A DNA stretch of 33,614 nt from a virus: UHGV virus genome UHGV-1462514, one strand, 5' to 3'. Position 1 is the first letter of the stretch, and every line of letters begins with the position of its first letter. Position numbers and translations under genes: made by a program. Below, in pieces: positions 1-8,737 of the stretch. The notes beneath the pieces are model-generated. The model saw only the letters and a program-made list of their open reading frames with translations, did not search any database and had not been told where the DNA came from.

Positions 1-44
1 ATGCTTCCTCTAACCACTGATCAAACAATGGTTTTAGCGCTTCT

Positions 45-308
45 TCAAACGTGGTCATCAGTTCCCACCCCTAAACCTTTTCTTTGTAGCGTAAATGCGA
101 CTTCTTTACCAAAAAAAATTTCTATCGCTTCTGCATCTGATAACGGAATCTGTTCTTTAATGCCTTTTGCCTCTTCTATAGAAAAATCTCCACCTTTTTT
201 CATTTTTCTGTAGAAAGTACTTCTGTCTATGCCAATAGAATCAGCTACAGCTTGTTGGGTCGTTCCTCTTTCAACAATTAGGCCTTTTAATTTAGCAACA
301 TTAATCAT
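45..308 (-). CDS. Cro-like HTH regulator (XRE/DUF739-like), transcribed divergently from the CI-like repressor
   Basis: 87-aa ORF; HTH-like motif ...QQAVADSIGIDRSTFYRKMKKGG.FSIEEA...; position and orientation opposite the cI-like gene, with operators in between. Confidence 0.6.
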   Translation of the reverse strand: MINVAKLKGLIVERGTTQQAVADSIGIDRSTFYRKMKKGGDFSIEEAKGIKEQIPLSDAEAIEIFFGKEVAFTLQRKGLGVGTDDHV

Positions 309-329
309 TTATAACACCTCTCTCTAAAA

Positions 330-445
330 TCGCATTTATGCGACTTGGTATTTGTAATATACCACCTTGAATGTCATCAGTCAACAAAAAAGTTGCATTT
401 ATGCAATTATTTTTGTTGCAATTATGCAACCTGCAATATATAATA
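330..445. promoter_or_regulatory. Genetic switch region: three 14-bp palindromic operators (330-343 TCGCATTTATGCGA; 393-406 TTGCATTTATGCAA; 416-429 TTGCAATTATGCAA) with divergent sigma-A-like promoters (P-cI: -35 TTGCAA 416-421, -10 TATAAT 439-444; P-cro on - strand: -35 at 379-384, -10 at 356-361)
   Basis: Perfect 6-2-6 inverted repeats read directly from the sequence; 17-nt promoter spacers; operators overlap the -35 of P-cI and the start region of P-cro. Confidence 0.55.
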
Positions 446-463
446 ATTATTGGAGGTGATAAA

Positions 464-1192
464 ATGAATGTAGGCGAACGCATGAAATTAAGAAGAAAAG
501 AATTGAATATTAGCGCTGATAAAATCGCTAATGAACTGGGTGTATCACGTTCAACAATTTTTAGATATGAAAAAGGCGATATCGAAAAACTACCTACAGA
601 GAGATTGATAACTATTGCTAAAATTCTAAAAACAACTCCCGAAGAATTGATGGGCTGGAACACTTCGAATGATTTTTCTTCGATAGAAGCTATCTATAAT
701 AAGTTAGATACTACGAGAAAGCAGAAAGTATGTAGGTATGCCGAGCATCAATTAGAAGAGCAAAAAAGAAATACATCTAATAATAAAGTTATTGCTTTCA
801 TGCCAACAAATACAACCACTGTAGAACTTTCAGGCAGATTATCAGCTGGTGGAGGTGCATTTAATGACAAAGGTTGTATAGAAAGTGTTGAAGTAGGCTC
901 AGCTCCTTCGCAGTATGATTTAGCATTCCAAGTTTGTGGAGACAGTATGTACCCTACTTTTCAAGATGGTGAAATTGTTTTTGTAAAAGAAACTATGGAT
1001 ATCTATAATGGACAGATTGGGGCAATTGAAATTAATGGCGAAGCATTTATTAAAAAAATGTACCTAGAAGGAACTAGGCTGCGTCTGGTGTCTCTAAATA
1101 CTGAAATAGATGAAGATGGAAATCGATTATATCCTGATTTTTACGCTGACGAATTAGATGATTTATATGTAATCGGACGTGTAATTATATAA
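464..1192 (+). CDS. CI-like phage repressor: N-terminal XRE HTH plus C-terminal LexA/S24 peptidase domain
   Basis: RBS GGAGGTG 7 nt upstream of ATG 464; HTH LRRKELNISADKIANELGVSRSTIFRYEKG; S24 motifs ...AGGGAF... (Ala-Gly cleavage site), CGDSMYPTFQDGEIVFV (catalytic Ser) and ...FIKKM... (Lys). Confidence 0.85.
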   Translation: MNVGERMKLRRKELNISADKIANELGVSRSTIFRYEKGDIEKLPTERLITIAKILKTTPEELMGWNTSNDFSSIEAIYNKLDTTRKQKVCRYAEHQLEEQKRNTSNNKVIAFMPTNTTTVELSGRLSAGGGAFNDKGCIESVEVGSAPSQYDLAFQVCGDSMYPTFQDGEIVFVKETMDIYNGQIGAIEINGEAFIKKMYLEGTRLRLVSLNTEIDEDGNRLYPDFYADELDDLYVIGRVII

Positions 1193-1274
1193 AAAGTCCC
1201 GTGCTCTAACATGGGCATTTCTCTTGTAGAGAGCTATGAGTATAAAAAAATTATATCAGAAAGAGGAGAAAAAA

Positions 1275-1865
1275 ATGGCAAAAAAAGTGATAGGCGAAGA
1301 CGGTAAAACTTATACTATGAAAGAAAAAAAACCTTTTTATAAAAAAATTTGGTTTTGGGTATTGGCTGTTATTGTTTTAATAATTATTGGAGGATCGCTT
1401 GGTGGTAATGATAAAAAAGCTTCTTCTAACGGTGGAGAAAAAGTTAATCAATCATCAACAAGCAAAAATTCAAAATCAAAAGATGAAAAAGAAGAAAATA
1501 AATTTTATAATATCGGCGATACAGTCAAAGTAGGAAATGCAGAATATACTCTAACAGGAGTAGAACTTACAGAAGAACGTAATGAATTTACTGAAAAACA
1601 ACCTGCACAGGTTGTTAAAGTTTCATATATTGTTAAAAACAACGGTGATAAAGATATTCCAGTGGGTATGGATATTGAAGTATACGGCTCTGATAACAAA
1701 AAAGCCGAAACGTATCCGAATGACAACACGATGGGATCGGTAGCTTCTGGAAAAGAAATGGACTGTATTGCCCACTTCGGGTTAAATCAACCTGGAGAAA
1801 TAGAAATTCAATTTAGCCCTATTGTATCATTTGAAAAAGCTGCAAAATTCAAAGCAACAGTATAA
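1275..1865 (+). CDS. Membrane-anchored protein (single N-terminal TM, DUF4352-like beta-rich ectodomain), co-oriented with the repressor; candidate superinfection-exclusion or lysogenic-conversion protein
   Basis: RBS AGAGGAG 7 nt before ATG 1275; hydrophobic segment WFWVLAVIVLIIIGGSL followed by a Ser/Lys-rich linker; located between cI and int. Confidence 0.55.
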   Translation: MAKKVIGEDGKTYTMKEKKPFYKKIWFWVLAVIVLIIIGGSLGGNDKKASSNGGEKVNQSSTSKNSKSKDEKEENKFYNIGDTVKVGNAEYTLTGVELTEERNEFTEKQPAQVVKVSYIVKNNGDKDIPVGMDIEVYGSDNKKAETYPNDNTMGSVASGKEMDCIAHFGLNQPGEIEIQFSPIVSFEKAAKFKATV

Positions 1866-1867
1866 AG

Positions 1868-1892
1868 ATTAGCCTTCGGGCTTTTCTTTTCA
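1868..1892 (+). terminator. Rho-independent terminator after the membrane-protein gene
   Basis: AGCC-TTCG-GGCT hairpin followed by TTTTCTTTTC. Confidence 0.5.
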
Positions 1893-1929
1893 GTCACACA
1901 AGAACATACATTCCCCAAGGAGGATCAAT

Positions 1930-2097
1930 ATGAATAAATATGAAGTAGAAAAACGATTATGCGAAGAATTGCACATTGACTATATACACTTAAACCTTCG
2001 TACTGGTCCAAGTTATAGGTTCACTGAGGAAGAGTATCAAGAGCTAAAATCCGACTATGCCAAATTATTTTTACAACTAAAAGATATTGGAGAGTAA
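1930..2097 (+). CDS. Small acidic hypothetical protein (55 aa) between the membrane-protein gene and int
   Basis: Strong RBS AAGGAGGA 7 nt before ATG 1930; open to TAA 2095-2097; below the ORF-track length cutoff. Confidence 0.4.
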   Translation: MNKYEVEKRLCEELHIDYIHLNLRTGPSYRFTEEEYQELKSDYAKLFLQLKDIGE

Positions 2098-2158
2098 GAT
2101 TAGAAATATTTTTAGATAGTATTTCCACAATGAAATTTGAATAAAGGAGTTGCTAGAT

Positions 2159-3292
2159 ATGGCTTCAATAAAAAAATATACAAAAAAAGATGGATCAACA
2201 GCCTATATGTTCAACGCATATTTAGGCGTTGATCCAGTAACGGGTAAAAGCAGACGCACCACACGTCGTGGTTTTAGAACACAGAAAGAAGCAAAGTTGG
2301 CATTATCTAGGCTAGAACTTGAAGTGGATTCCAAAGGTTTCGTAAAACAGAATTACAGCACGTTTAAAGACGTATACGAGCTTTGGTATGCTCAATATGT
2401 AAATACAGTTAAACCTATCACAGCAGGCCATACAGAGCGTATGTTTAGGCTTCACATCTTGCCAGAGTTTGGCAACATTAAAATTAATAAATTAACAAAA
2501 CTAATGTGTCAAAAAGCGGTCAATAAATGGAGTAAAGAATATTCAGCATTTTATCTGCTAAAATCAATAACCCAAAAAATGTTACACTATGCTGTTGCTC
2601 AGGATATTATAGATATTAACCCCATGCAATATGTTGTAATGCCAAAAAAAGATAAAACAAATGAAACAAAAAAGAAACAGTTTTTAGAACTATCCGAACT
2701 AAAAGATTTTCTGGCGGAAGCGAAAGAAACACTAAACTTTCAAGACTATTTAATATTCCGTGTTTTAGCATTTACAGGAATCAGAAAAGGAGAATTATAC
2801 GCCTTAACATGGGAAGATATTAACATTTCATACAAACAATTAACCGTAAATAAAACACTTACAAGAATAGGCAAAGAATACATTATATCGACACCTAAGA
2901 CAAAAGCTTCTAATAGAACCATAGGCCTTGATGATACCACTGTATCTGAGTTAATTATCTGGAAAAAACATCAAAAGCAAGAATTGTTAAAATATGGTTT
3001 TAAAACTAAAAGTAATGATAAACAGCTTATTTTTCATAGAAAGAATAACACTTTACATTATCCAGAACACATTAATTTTCTTTTGTTATCGGAAATGAAA
3101 ACTTCTCTATCCCCCCACTCATTTAGACATACTCATGCTTCTTTGTTATTCGAATCGGGAGCTACAATTAAAGATGTGCAGAAAAGACTTGGCCACACTA
3201 ACGTTAATACCACGATGGATATTTACACTCATGTAACCAAGTCTTCTGAAAGAAAAGCAATTGATAAGTTATCAAATTATGCTAATTTTTAA
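2159..3292 (+). CDS. int: Tyrosine site-specific integrase (phage integrase family)
   Basis: RBS AAAGGAG; C-terminal catalytic signature ...HSFRHTHASLLFESGATIKDVQKRLGHTNVNTTMDIYTHV (R..H..R..Y); N-terminal SAM-like domain. Confidence 0.9.
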   Translation: MASIKKYTKKDGSTAYMFNAYLGVDPVTGKSRRTTRRGFRTQKEAKLALSRLELEVDSKGFVKQNYSTFKDVYELWYAQYVNTVKPITAGHTERMFRLHILPEFGNIKINKLTKLMCQKAVNKWSKEYSAFYLLKSITQKMLHYAVAQDIIDINPMQYVVMPKKDKTNETKKKQFLELSELKDFLAEAKETLNFQDYLIFRVLAFTGIRKGELYALTWEDINISYKQLTVNKTLTRIGKEYIISTPKTKASNRTIGLDDTTVSELIIWKKHQKQELLKYGFKTKSNDKQLIFHRKNNTLHYPEHINFLLLSEMKTSLSPHSFRHTHASLLFESGATIKDVQKRLGHTNVNTTMDIYTHVTKSSERKAIDKLSNYANF

Positions 3293-3296
3293 AATA

Positions 3297-3502
3297 TGGT
3301 ATTCATTTTGGTATTCAATGTTTTTGAAAACCTTATATACCAAGGATACTCCCTTATATTAGTATTTTAACAAGAAATAAATCACAAGTACAAGTTACTC
3401 ACTAAAACACAAATAAACGTTGATACAAAGCCATTTATGTTTTATTCAACTACAAATATTCCACAACTTTTCACACCATCATGGTATTCAAATGGTAGTC
3501 AA
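3297..3502. repeat. attP-like region: four arm-type direct repeats TGGTA(T/G)TCA(T/A) at 3297-3306, 3309-3318, 3482-3491 and 3493-3502, flanking a ~160-bp AT-rich segment that contains a CCTTATAT x2 repeat
   Basis: Repeats read directly; positioned immediately 3' of int, as integrase arm-binding sites usually are. Confidence 0.4.
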
Positions 3503-3577
3503 ATATTACAGTTTTGTAAAACGATAGACAACACGAACGTACATTCGGTATAATAAGATTAATAGGAGGACGATATC

Positions 3578-3826
3578 ATGAAAACTAATTATGTAGGAGT
3601 AGTTGAAAAGATTAGGATGTTAAGTATGTACCCAAAAATGCTCGTTCGATTCTCATTAGTAACACAGGACGAAACTATAAACTGTATCGTCTCTAAACAC
3701 GAACTGGCAAATATGTTATTAATGCTACCCGAAAAATCTGAATTAGCTGTCTATGGTCATTTAAATAAACGAAATCAACTTGTCATTGAGAAAATGCTTG
3801 TAAGGAAATCTTTGATCAGTGCATAA
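3578..3826 (+). CDS. Hypothetical 82-aa protein (moron between attP-like region and the tRNA)
   Basis: Strong RBS TAGGAGGA 7 nt before ATG; flanked downstream by a terminator. Confidence 0.5.
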   Translation: MKTNYVGVVEKIRMLSMYPKMLVRFSLVTQDETINCIVSKHELANMLLMLPEKSELAVYGHLNKRNQLVIEKMLVRKSLISA

Positions 3827-3834
3827 AAAATAAG

Positions 3835-3865
3835 CCTCACTCTCATCTGGGAGCGAGGTTTTTTA
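3835..3865. terminator. Bidirectional intrinsic terminator between the 82-aa gene (+) and the tRNA (-)
   Basis: Hairpin CCTCACTC...GAGCGAGG followed by TTTTTT on + strand; the reverse complement is followed by TTATTTTTT on - strand directly after the tRNA 3' end. Confidence 0.5.
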
Positions 3866-3939
3866 TGGACCATACAGGACTCGAACCTGTGACCGAACGG
3901 TTATGAGCCGTTTGCTCTAACCAACTGAGCTAATGGTCC
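3866..3939 (-). tRNA. tRNA with CAT anticodon (elongator tRNA-Met or lysidine tRNA-Ile2); 74 nt, no encoded CCA
   Basis: Manual cloverleaf: acceptor GGACCAT/ATGGTCC, D arm GCTC-AGTTGGTTA-GAGC, anticodon arm AACGG-CTCATAA-CCGTT, variable CGGTC, T arm ACAGG-TTCGAGT-CCTGT, discriminator A; G1-C72 pair argues against initiator. Confidence 0.85.
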
Positions 3940-4027
3940 TAAAAAGAGCCACCTTAGAAAGGCGACTCGAAAGAAATTTAATAAGTGTGTTATTATTTTA
4001 CACTACCTATAAATATTTTACTATACT

Positions 4028-4861
4028 TTATTTCACGACTGGAAACATAGCTTCTAAGCGATTGTACCAAGGAGCGTTTTTGTTCCATTTATCTTGTCCG
4101 TAGAAAGGAATATCTTTTCCATTGTTTCTCTTGTATAGGTCCTCAATGACTTTCATTTCATCTGGATGAGACACACGTCTTGTATTCACTCCGTTACAAA
4201 ACATTACCGTCCAAGCATCTCCATTCCATTCTAGTTTACCTGTTTTTGAATTAATTGGTCTTTCGTATAAACATTGCATAGTCGTTTCTCCACCTTTTAT
4301 ATTATTTTGATTGTTATTACTTGAATTGTCATTGCCTTCGTTTGGATTGCCCATATATTTTTTTATTTGGCTAATAAAATAGTCTTTCACGGCATTTGTT
4401 TCTTTTCCATGCAATTCCCACGAACGGTGAGGACATGCCGTAGGAACAAATTCTTTGTGTAATCTTACAGTATCTCTATTGGGATGCATTCCCCAAAACT
4501 TCATATCTTCAGCAACTTGTTTAAATGTCATTTGTTCATTAGCTAAAAAATCGGCATCGCTAGCACCCATTGATTGACATACTTCATAGCCAACATAGTT
4601 CAAATTCCCATCTGGATTCGCTGTGTGCCATGCTGCATTGAATGTATCTTCTACACGTGCAATTGTATTTCGATCAATATAATAATGAGCAAAGCCATTC
4701 GCCAGTTGTGTAGGAGACATTACAGCCAAGGCATTGACATATTGTGCAGCTGTAGCATAAATACTTCCGGCATCATTATGAATGACAACACCTTTTGGCG
4801 TCGCATTGGGACGTCTCCCGGCAATCCCACCGCAAACAGATTGATTAATCACTTGCACCAT
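4028..4861 (-). CDS. Endolysin: N-acetylmuramoyl-L-alanine amidase (Amidase_2/PGRP-like) with a C-terminal cell-wall-binding region
   Basis: Motifs ...GVVIHNDAGS..., ...HYYIDRN..., ...YVGYEVCQSMGASDADF...; ATG 4861 (MVQVINQ) has RBS GGTGGTGA, whereas the track start 4891 has poor spacing; last gene of the late operon. Confidence 0.8.
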   Translation of the reverse strand: MVQVINQSVCGGIAGRRPNATPKGVVIHNDAGSIYATAAQYVNALAVMSPTQLANGFAHYYIDRNTIARVEDTFNAAWHTANPDGNLNYVGYEVCQSMGASDADFLANEQMTFKQVAEDMKFWGMHPNRDTVRLHKEFVPTACPHRSWELHGKETNAVKDYFISQIKKYMGNPNEGNDNSSNNNQNNIKGGETTMQCLYERPINSKTGKLEWNGDAWTVMFCNGVNTRRVSHPDEMKVIEDLYKRNNGKDIPFYGQDKWNKNAPWYNRLEAMFPVVK

Positions 4862-5249
4862 CTTTAGGTTCACCACCTTTATCATTTTCATCTTTTAATT
4901 TACTTAAATGCTCCTTAACCCATGAAGGAAAGGGAACGCCTAACTGCCCTAAGTTTTCAATAATGGAAATGCCATACACTGCTATATAAAATAAGACAAA
5001 TCCAGTAGCGATTGATTCTAGACCCATGATTTTCAAGTATGGATAAGCAACGCTTATTAAGCAGACCACTAATAAATGTTTTACTAATCCTAGCAATCCT
5101 TTTGTGCTATTTCCTTCCTTAATGAAAATACCTTTACATAATCCTGTTAAGATATCCCCTAACACAATCCAGACAAAAACCTGAATAAAACCGTTAGAAA
5201 TCATATTCTTGAATTCTAGTATCAACGCTTGATTATCAATAATCACCAT
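4845..5249 (-). CDS. Holin (multi-TM, charged C-terminus)
   Basis: RBS GGAAGGTGG 6 nt before ATG at 5249 (MVIIDNQ...); three hydrophobic segments; immediately upstream of and overlapping the endolysin. Confidence 0.7.
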   Translation of the reverse strand: MVIIDNQALILEFKNMISNGFIQVFVWIVLGDILTGLCKGIFIKEGNSTKGLLGLVKHLLVVCLISVAYPYLKIMGLESIATGFVLFYIAVYGISIIENLGQLGVPFPSWVKEHLSKLKDENDKGGEPKDGASD

Positions 5250-5254
5250 ATTTT

Positions 5255-5290
5255 CCACCTTCCAATAATAAAAACCGCTTAGCTTTTTGC
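5255..5290 (-). terminator. Intrinsic terminator after the RBP gene
   Basis: - sense AAGCCGTTTAGC-AAAA-GCTAAGCGGTTTTTA. Confidence 0.4.
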
Positions 5291-5318
5291 TAAACGGCTT
5301 CATTTTAAAATTCAATCT

Positions 5319-6758
5319 CTATACTAATTCTGTAATATGCATAGAAGAAAGTTGCGTATAATCAAGTTGCTTATCTGCTGCTAATTCTAAACGAAACGCA
5401 AGATACTCACCTTTTTTTAGTGTAACATTTAAATCAAAGGCTGCGACATTTTGATAATTCAAACCGCCAACAGCCCCGACTGCTGATCCAATACCTAAGT
5501 CTCCTACACCTTCATCAAGACCTTTGTCTATATGAGTATAAGCATATAGAACCCCTTTTGAGCTCCCAACTTGATATTTAACGGTTCCTTGTATATTTAA
5601 TTTACAATCTCTCAAAACAGTAGCTTGCCACCTACCGCTATTCCATTGCAATGGATCGCTTTTCATCGGTAATCCAAGTCGCTGTCCTACGTTGCTAAAT
5701 TCTGGTCCTAAGTTGTATCTTGACTTATTTTTGAATCCAGGATGATTAGTTCCTGATGAATACCAAGCTTCGAAAGGTTGCTCTTTTTCAAAAGCTACTT
5801 TTTTCCAATCCGTCCAAGATGAGGGCACACCACCAAATTGACGAATAACAATTGTTCGTTCCGTTTGAAATAATTGTCTGACTCCCCCTGGGTCTTTACT
5901 AACGAACAAACTTCCAGAGTTCGGTAGCGGCTTGTTTTCAACTCCTGTAGCCGGAATTGAGTATATGCCAGGTTCTTTAGCGTCATTTAAATCCGATAAT
6001 TTAGCTTTTTTTAAAACAAATAACCCATTTTCTGCTGACTTTTGAGGGATGAATTTCTCATCTGATTCTGCCCGTGTATAAAAGTCTGCTGCTCTCAATT
6101 CTTCTAGGGCGGCATTCATAGCATCAGTAACTGTTTTTCCAATTGTTGTAATCTTGGTTTCGCTATCTGTAGCCACCTTTGATATACGACCTTCTGCATC
6201 GCTGACTGTTTTATCAATTTTCGCTTGTAATGCATTCATTTCTTTTTTAATTGATTCAATACGAGCAACTACCGCATCATAATCAGTATCTATTTTTTTT
6301 AAAGCTGCTTGATAGGCCTCGTTTAACGCTGTTACCAATTTGTTGTATTCTGTGATAATCGTTTCTGCTTCCTCTGCGTTAATGTCAGCATTTCCTTTAA
6401 CAATAATTTTAAAGTCTCCGGTAGTATCTCTTTTCCCATCTTTTTGAAACGAGAAATAAGCCCTCTTGTATGTCCCTTCTACGCTAAAAGCTGCACTAGG
6501 AAACGTGTATTCAAATGTTCCTTTTTGCAATCCAGCGTTATTGGAAGAAACGTTTTCAGAATCAAAAACTTTCACTTTTCCGCCTGCGGGTTCTCCCTCA
6601 AAGGTAATAATTCCACCCGATAAATCTGGTATCTCATCTCGCCGAGAAATTTTCACAGTAATTGTTTGCATTTTTTCGTCGCCAACACGACCATAAATAA
6701 TTGGTGGCATTATTGGATCCTTTGAAAAATCGAGATTTAATATCTTATTCGCCATCAA
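5319..6758 (-). CDS. Receptor-binding protein / tail fibre (BppU-like N-terminal domain, coiled-coil shaft, C-terminal head)
   Basis: 479 aa; position between Tal and holin; heptad-like central region; start overlaps Tal stop (ATGA). Confidence 0.55.
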   Translation of the reverse strand: MMANKILNLDFSKDPIMPPIIYGRVGDEKMQTITVKISRRDEIPDLSGGIITFEGEPAGGKVKVFDSENVSSNNAGLQKGTFEYTFPSAAFSVEGTYKRAYFSFQKDGKRDTTGDFKIIVKGNADINAEEAETIITEYNKLVTALNEAYQAALKKIDTDYDAVVARIESIKKEMNALQAKIDKTVSDAEGRISKVATDSETKITTIGKTVTDAMNAALEELRAADFYTRAESDEKFIPQKSAENGLFVLKKAKLSDLNDAKEPGIYSIPATGVENKPLPNSGSLFVSKDPGGVRQLFQTERTIVIRQFGGVPSSWTDWKKVAFEKEQPFEAWYSSGTNHPGFKNKSRYNLGPEFSNVGQRLGLPMKSDPLQWNSGRWQATVLRDCKLNIQGTVKYQVGSSKGVLYAYTHIDKGLDEGVGDLGIGSAVGAVGGLNYQNVAAFDLNVTLKKGEYLAFRLELAADKQLDYTQLSSMHITELV

Positions 6759-8662
6759 ATCACCCCTCTATGATATTTTCTTTTATTCCTGTTCTTTCGA
6801 TTAACCTTGCCCTCTAAATGCTCTATCCGTTCAATCAGCTGTTTATTTGTCAAACTGTTCAACATTATCTGTTTATTCATATCTAACCCTAAATAATGAT
6901 CTTCGGTGTCCTGTGCGCAAAGGAAAGGGGAATACTGAGCGATTAAACCTAGCTCTCGTTTTGCTGATGGCTGCTTTTGTTTATTTCTCGTTTGATAATT
7001 TTGTTTTCTGTTAAACTCAACAAAGTTTAGTTTCTTTGTTTCTTCAATGCCATCTATCGCAGTATTTTCAATGTTTTCTTTCAAACGTATATCTGATTGA
7101 TTAATGATTGAATACCCGTTCATGTTTAAACTAGAGTAAAAATTTACAGGCGCATTATTAGGAACCTTTAACCCAGTAATAAATATATTTCGTAGTGCCT
7201 TATCGTTTCCGTTAACATCCGTTTCAAATATTGTATTGAATAAACTTACATGTCCATTATTTCCATTTACACGGATAGAACCTACATGGGCATCCGAAGA
7301 ACTATCATAACGACCTAGCCATAAATCTGTTCCTGGATAAGCTGAAATATTCAAATATTCACGACCTGTTGGAATGTACAGTGTTCTGTATAATCCACCT
7401 AGAGTATTTATCCCGTTTGATTTATACAAACGGAAAGCTCCACCTGTCATCTCAGAAAAAAGTTTTCCATTCCAAAGATTCTTTATTGTTCCACTACTCA
7501 TAGTTATTTGACTAGCACCGCTTTCTGATGTAATGGTACTACCTGTAATAGCTACCCCTATTATATTAATAGCTCTCAATGTTCCCGTGGTCATTCGATC
7601 TGCAACAATCGCTCCGTTATTCGTCATAGCTAAACCGTAGGTACCGTTATAGCCTGTAGAACTAAATCCCAGACCACCAACATTCCACCGCCAAACTTTC
7701 CTAGCCGTATTTACATCAGTTGTATCCATAATTAATAATTCTTGCGGGTCTGCTATGGATGGATAAATAACCACATGACCTTTTCCAGGGTTTTTGATGA
7801 TATCAGAAGCTTCTTTTTGAGCTTGTTCAAGCCAACCAAGTTTGTCTTTTATATCTTCAGTATCCGTTTTTGAGTCTTCAATTACTTTGGCAAAGTCGGT
7901 TCTTGCTTCACCTAATTCGATTGACTCGTATCGATCTAAAGCAATATTCCACACCGTTTTAACAATTTGCGCGGTTGTATTGATGTTTAATTGATTAAAT
8001 GCCACCGTTACCCAATCACACAGATCGACTATTTCCAAGTTTTTAAGCTGTTCTTTTGAAACAGAACTTGCTAAGTCAACGTAACTAGCTTTTATACTTA
8101 CCCGAGGGATACCTACATTGTTAGACTTGATAAACGATTGCACCATGCCACGCAAAGCCGCTACGTCTTTTGGCTCTTTGTCACTAAAATCGACCATCTG
8201 TATTCTACGTTCCGTGTAATTACCGACATAGTCACTATCTATATACACTTCTGGTAAAGTGATTATTTTTTCATCATCGCCATTACCAATTTTTGCCCAA
8301 CCATATATTGAAGTATACGTATTTTCAATGGATTCCTCTTGATTAATATCTGTTAAATTTTTACCGTAGGCAATGACTACATTCGTATCGGTACCGGCTT
8401 TTGCTAACAAGCGAACTTGATTATTATTAAAAAGATATTCCCCACCGAAATTATCTAAAATTGAACCAGCGACACCGCCTAAAACTTCTTGCGCATTTTT
8501 ATATTTTGCGGGGTCTGTAAAATCAATTGAAGACGTAGTCCCCACATCACTGTAAAAAGTAAAATCACTTTTAGGCTCCATCTGACTTCTTAATTGATTC
8601 AATGCTGTTTGTGCCGAAATATTAGAGTATTTGGAACCTATTTTTACCATTGTGCGCAACAA
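6755..8662 (-). CDS. Tail-associated protein Tal (prophage tail endopeptidase family), C-terminal 635-aa portion; the frame stays open upstream back to an in-frame TAG at 8738-8740
   Basis: Long ORF after Dit; Gly/Asn-rich beta-helix-like C-terminus; the 78-nt gap to the upstream fragment is in frame and stop-free. Confidence 0.7.
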   Translation of the reverse strand: MLRTMVKIGSKYSNISAQTALNQLRSQMEPKSDFTFYSDVGTTSSIDFTDPAKYKNAQEVLGGVAGSILDNFGGEYLFNNNQVRLLAKAGTDTNVVIAYGKNLTDINQEESIENTYTSIYGWAKIGNGDDEKIITLPEVYIDSDYVGNYTERRIQMVDFSDKEPKDVAALRGMVQSFIKSNNVGIPRVSIKASYVDLASSVSKEQLKNLEIVDLCDWVTVAFNQLNINTTAQIVKTVWNIALDRYESIELGEARTDFAKVIEDSKTDTEDIKDKLGWLEQAQKEASDIIKNPGKGHVVIYPSIADPQELLIMDTTDVNTARKVWRWNVGGLGFSSTGYNGTYGLAMTNNGAIVADRMTTGTLRAINIIGVAITGSTITSESGASQITMSSGTIKNLWNGKLFSEMTGGAFRLYKSNGINTLGGLYRTLYIPTGREYLNISAYPGTDLWLGRYDSSSDAHVGSIRVNGNNGHVSLFNTIFETDVNGNDKALRNIFITGLKVPNNAPVNFYSSLNMNGYSIINQSDIRLKENIENTAIDGIEETKKLNFVEFNRKQNYQTRNKQKQPSAKRELGLIAQYSPFLCAQDTEDHYLGLDMNKQIMLNSLTNKQLIERIEHLEGKVNRKNRNKRKYHRGVI

Positions 8663-8737
8663 TTTATAGCGATAATGCTCACAGTAAACAGTGACAATCC
8701 CTTTGATTGGTTTTGTAATTTGTGCGATTTCAAATCG

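Noticed and set aside
1-213. 70-aa + strand ORF at the window start
   Set aside because: Lies entirely antisense to the well-supported cro-like gene (45..308) and has no RBS; the only - strand coding sequence in 1-44 is the neighbouring gene's tail, out of window.
3866-3939. Initiator tRNA-fMet
   Set aside because: First acceptor pair is G1-C72 (paired) and the anticodon stem lacks the three consecutive G-C pairs.
4574-4867. 97-aa + strand ORF and other short antisense ORFs (1505..1729, 2746..2940, 5795..5986, 6466..6696, 9169..9351, 9508..9708, 13651..13848, 14038..14443, 16884..17641, 19853..20164, 20908..21105, 28038..28490, 29370..30231, 31056..31885, 32068..32281, 32812..33006)
   Set aside because: All lie antisense within strongly supported genes, lack RBS, and have skewed composition. 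The 14518..14703 - strand ORF is the +1 frame of the tail 3' end and terminates 8 codons past the stop, unlike the conserved -1 frame.
4845-5315. Longer holin start (MNFKMKPF..., 156 aa)
   Set aside because: No RBS, and it would overlap the RBP terminator; ATG at 5249 has a strong GGAAGGTGG RBS.
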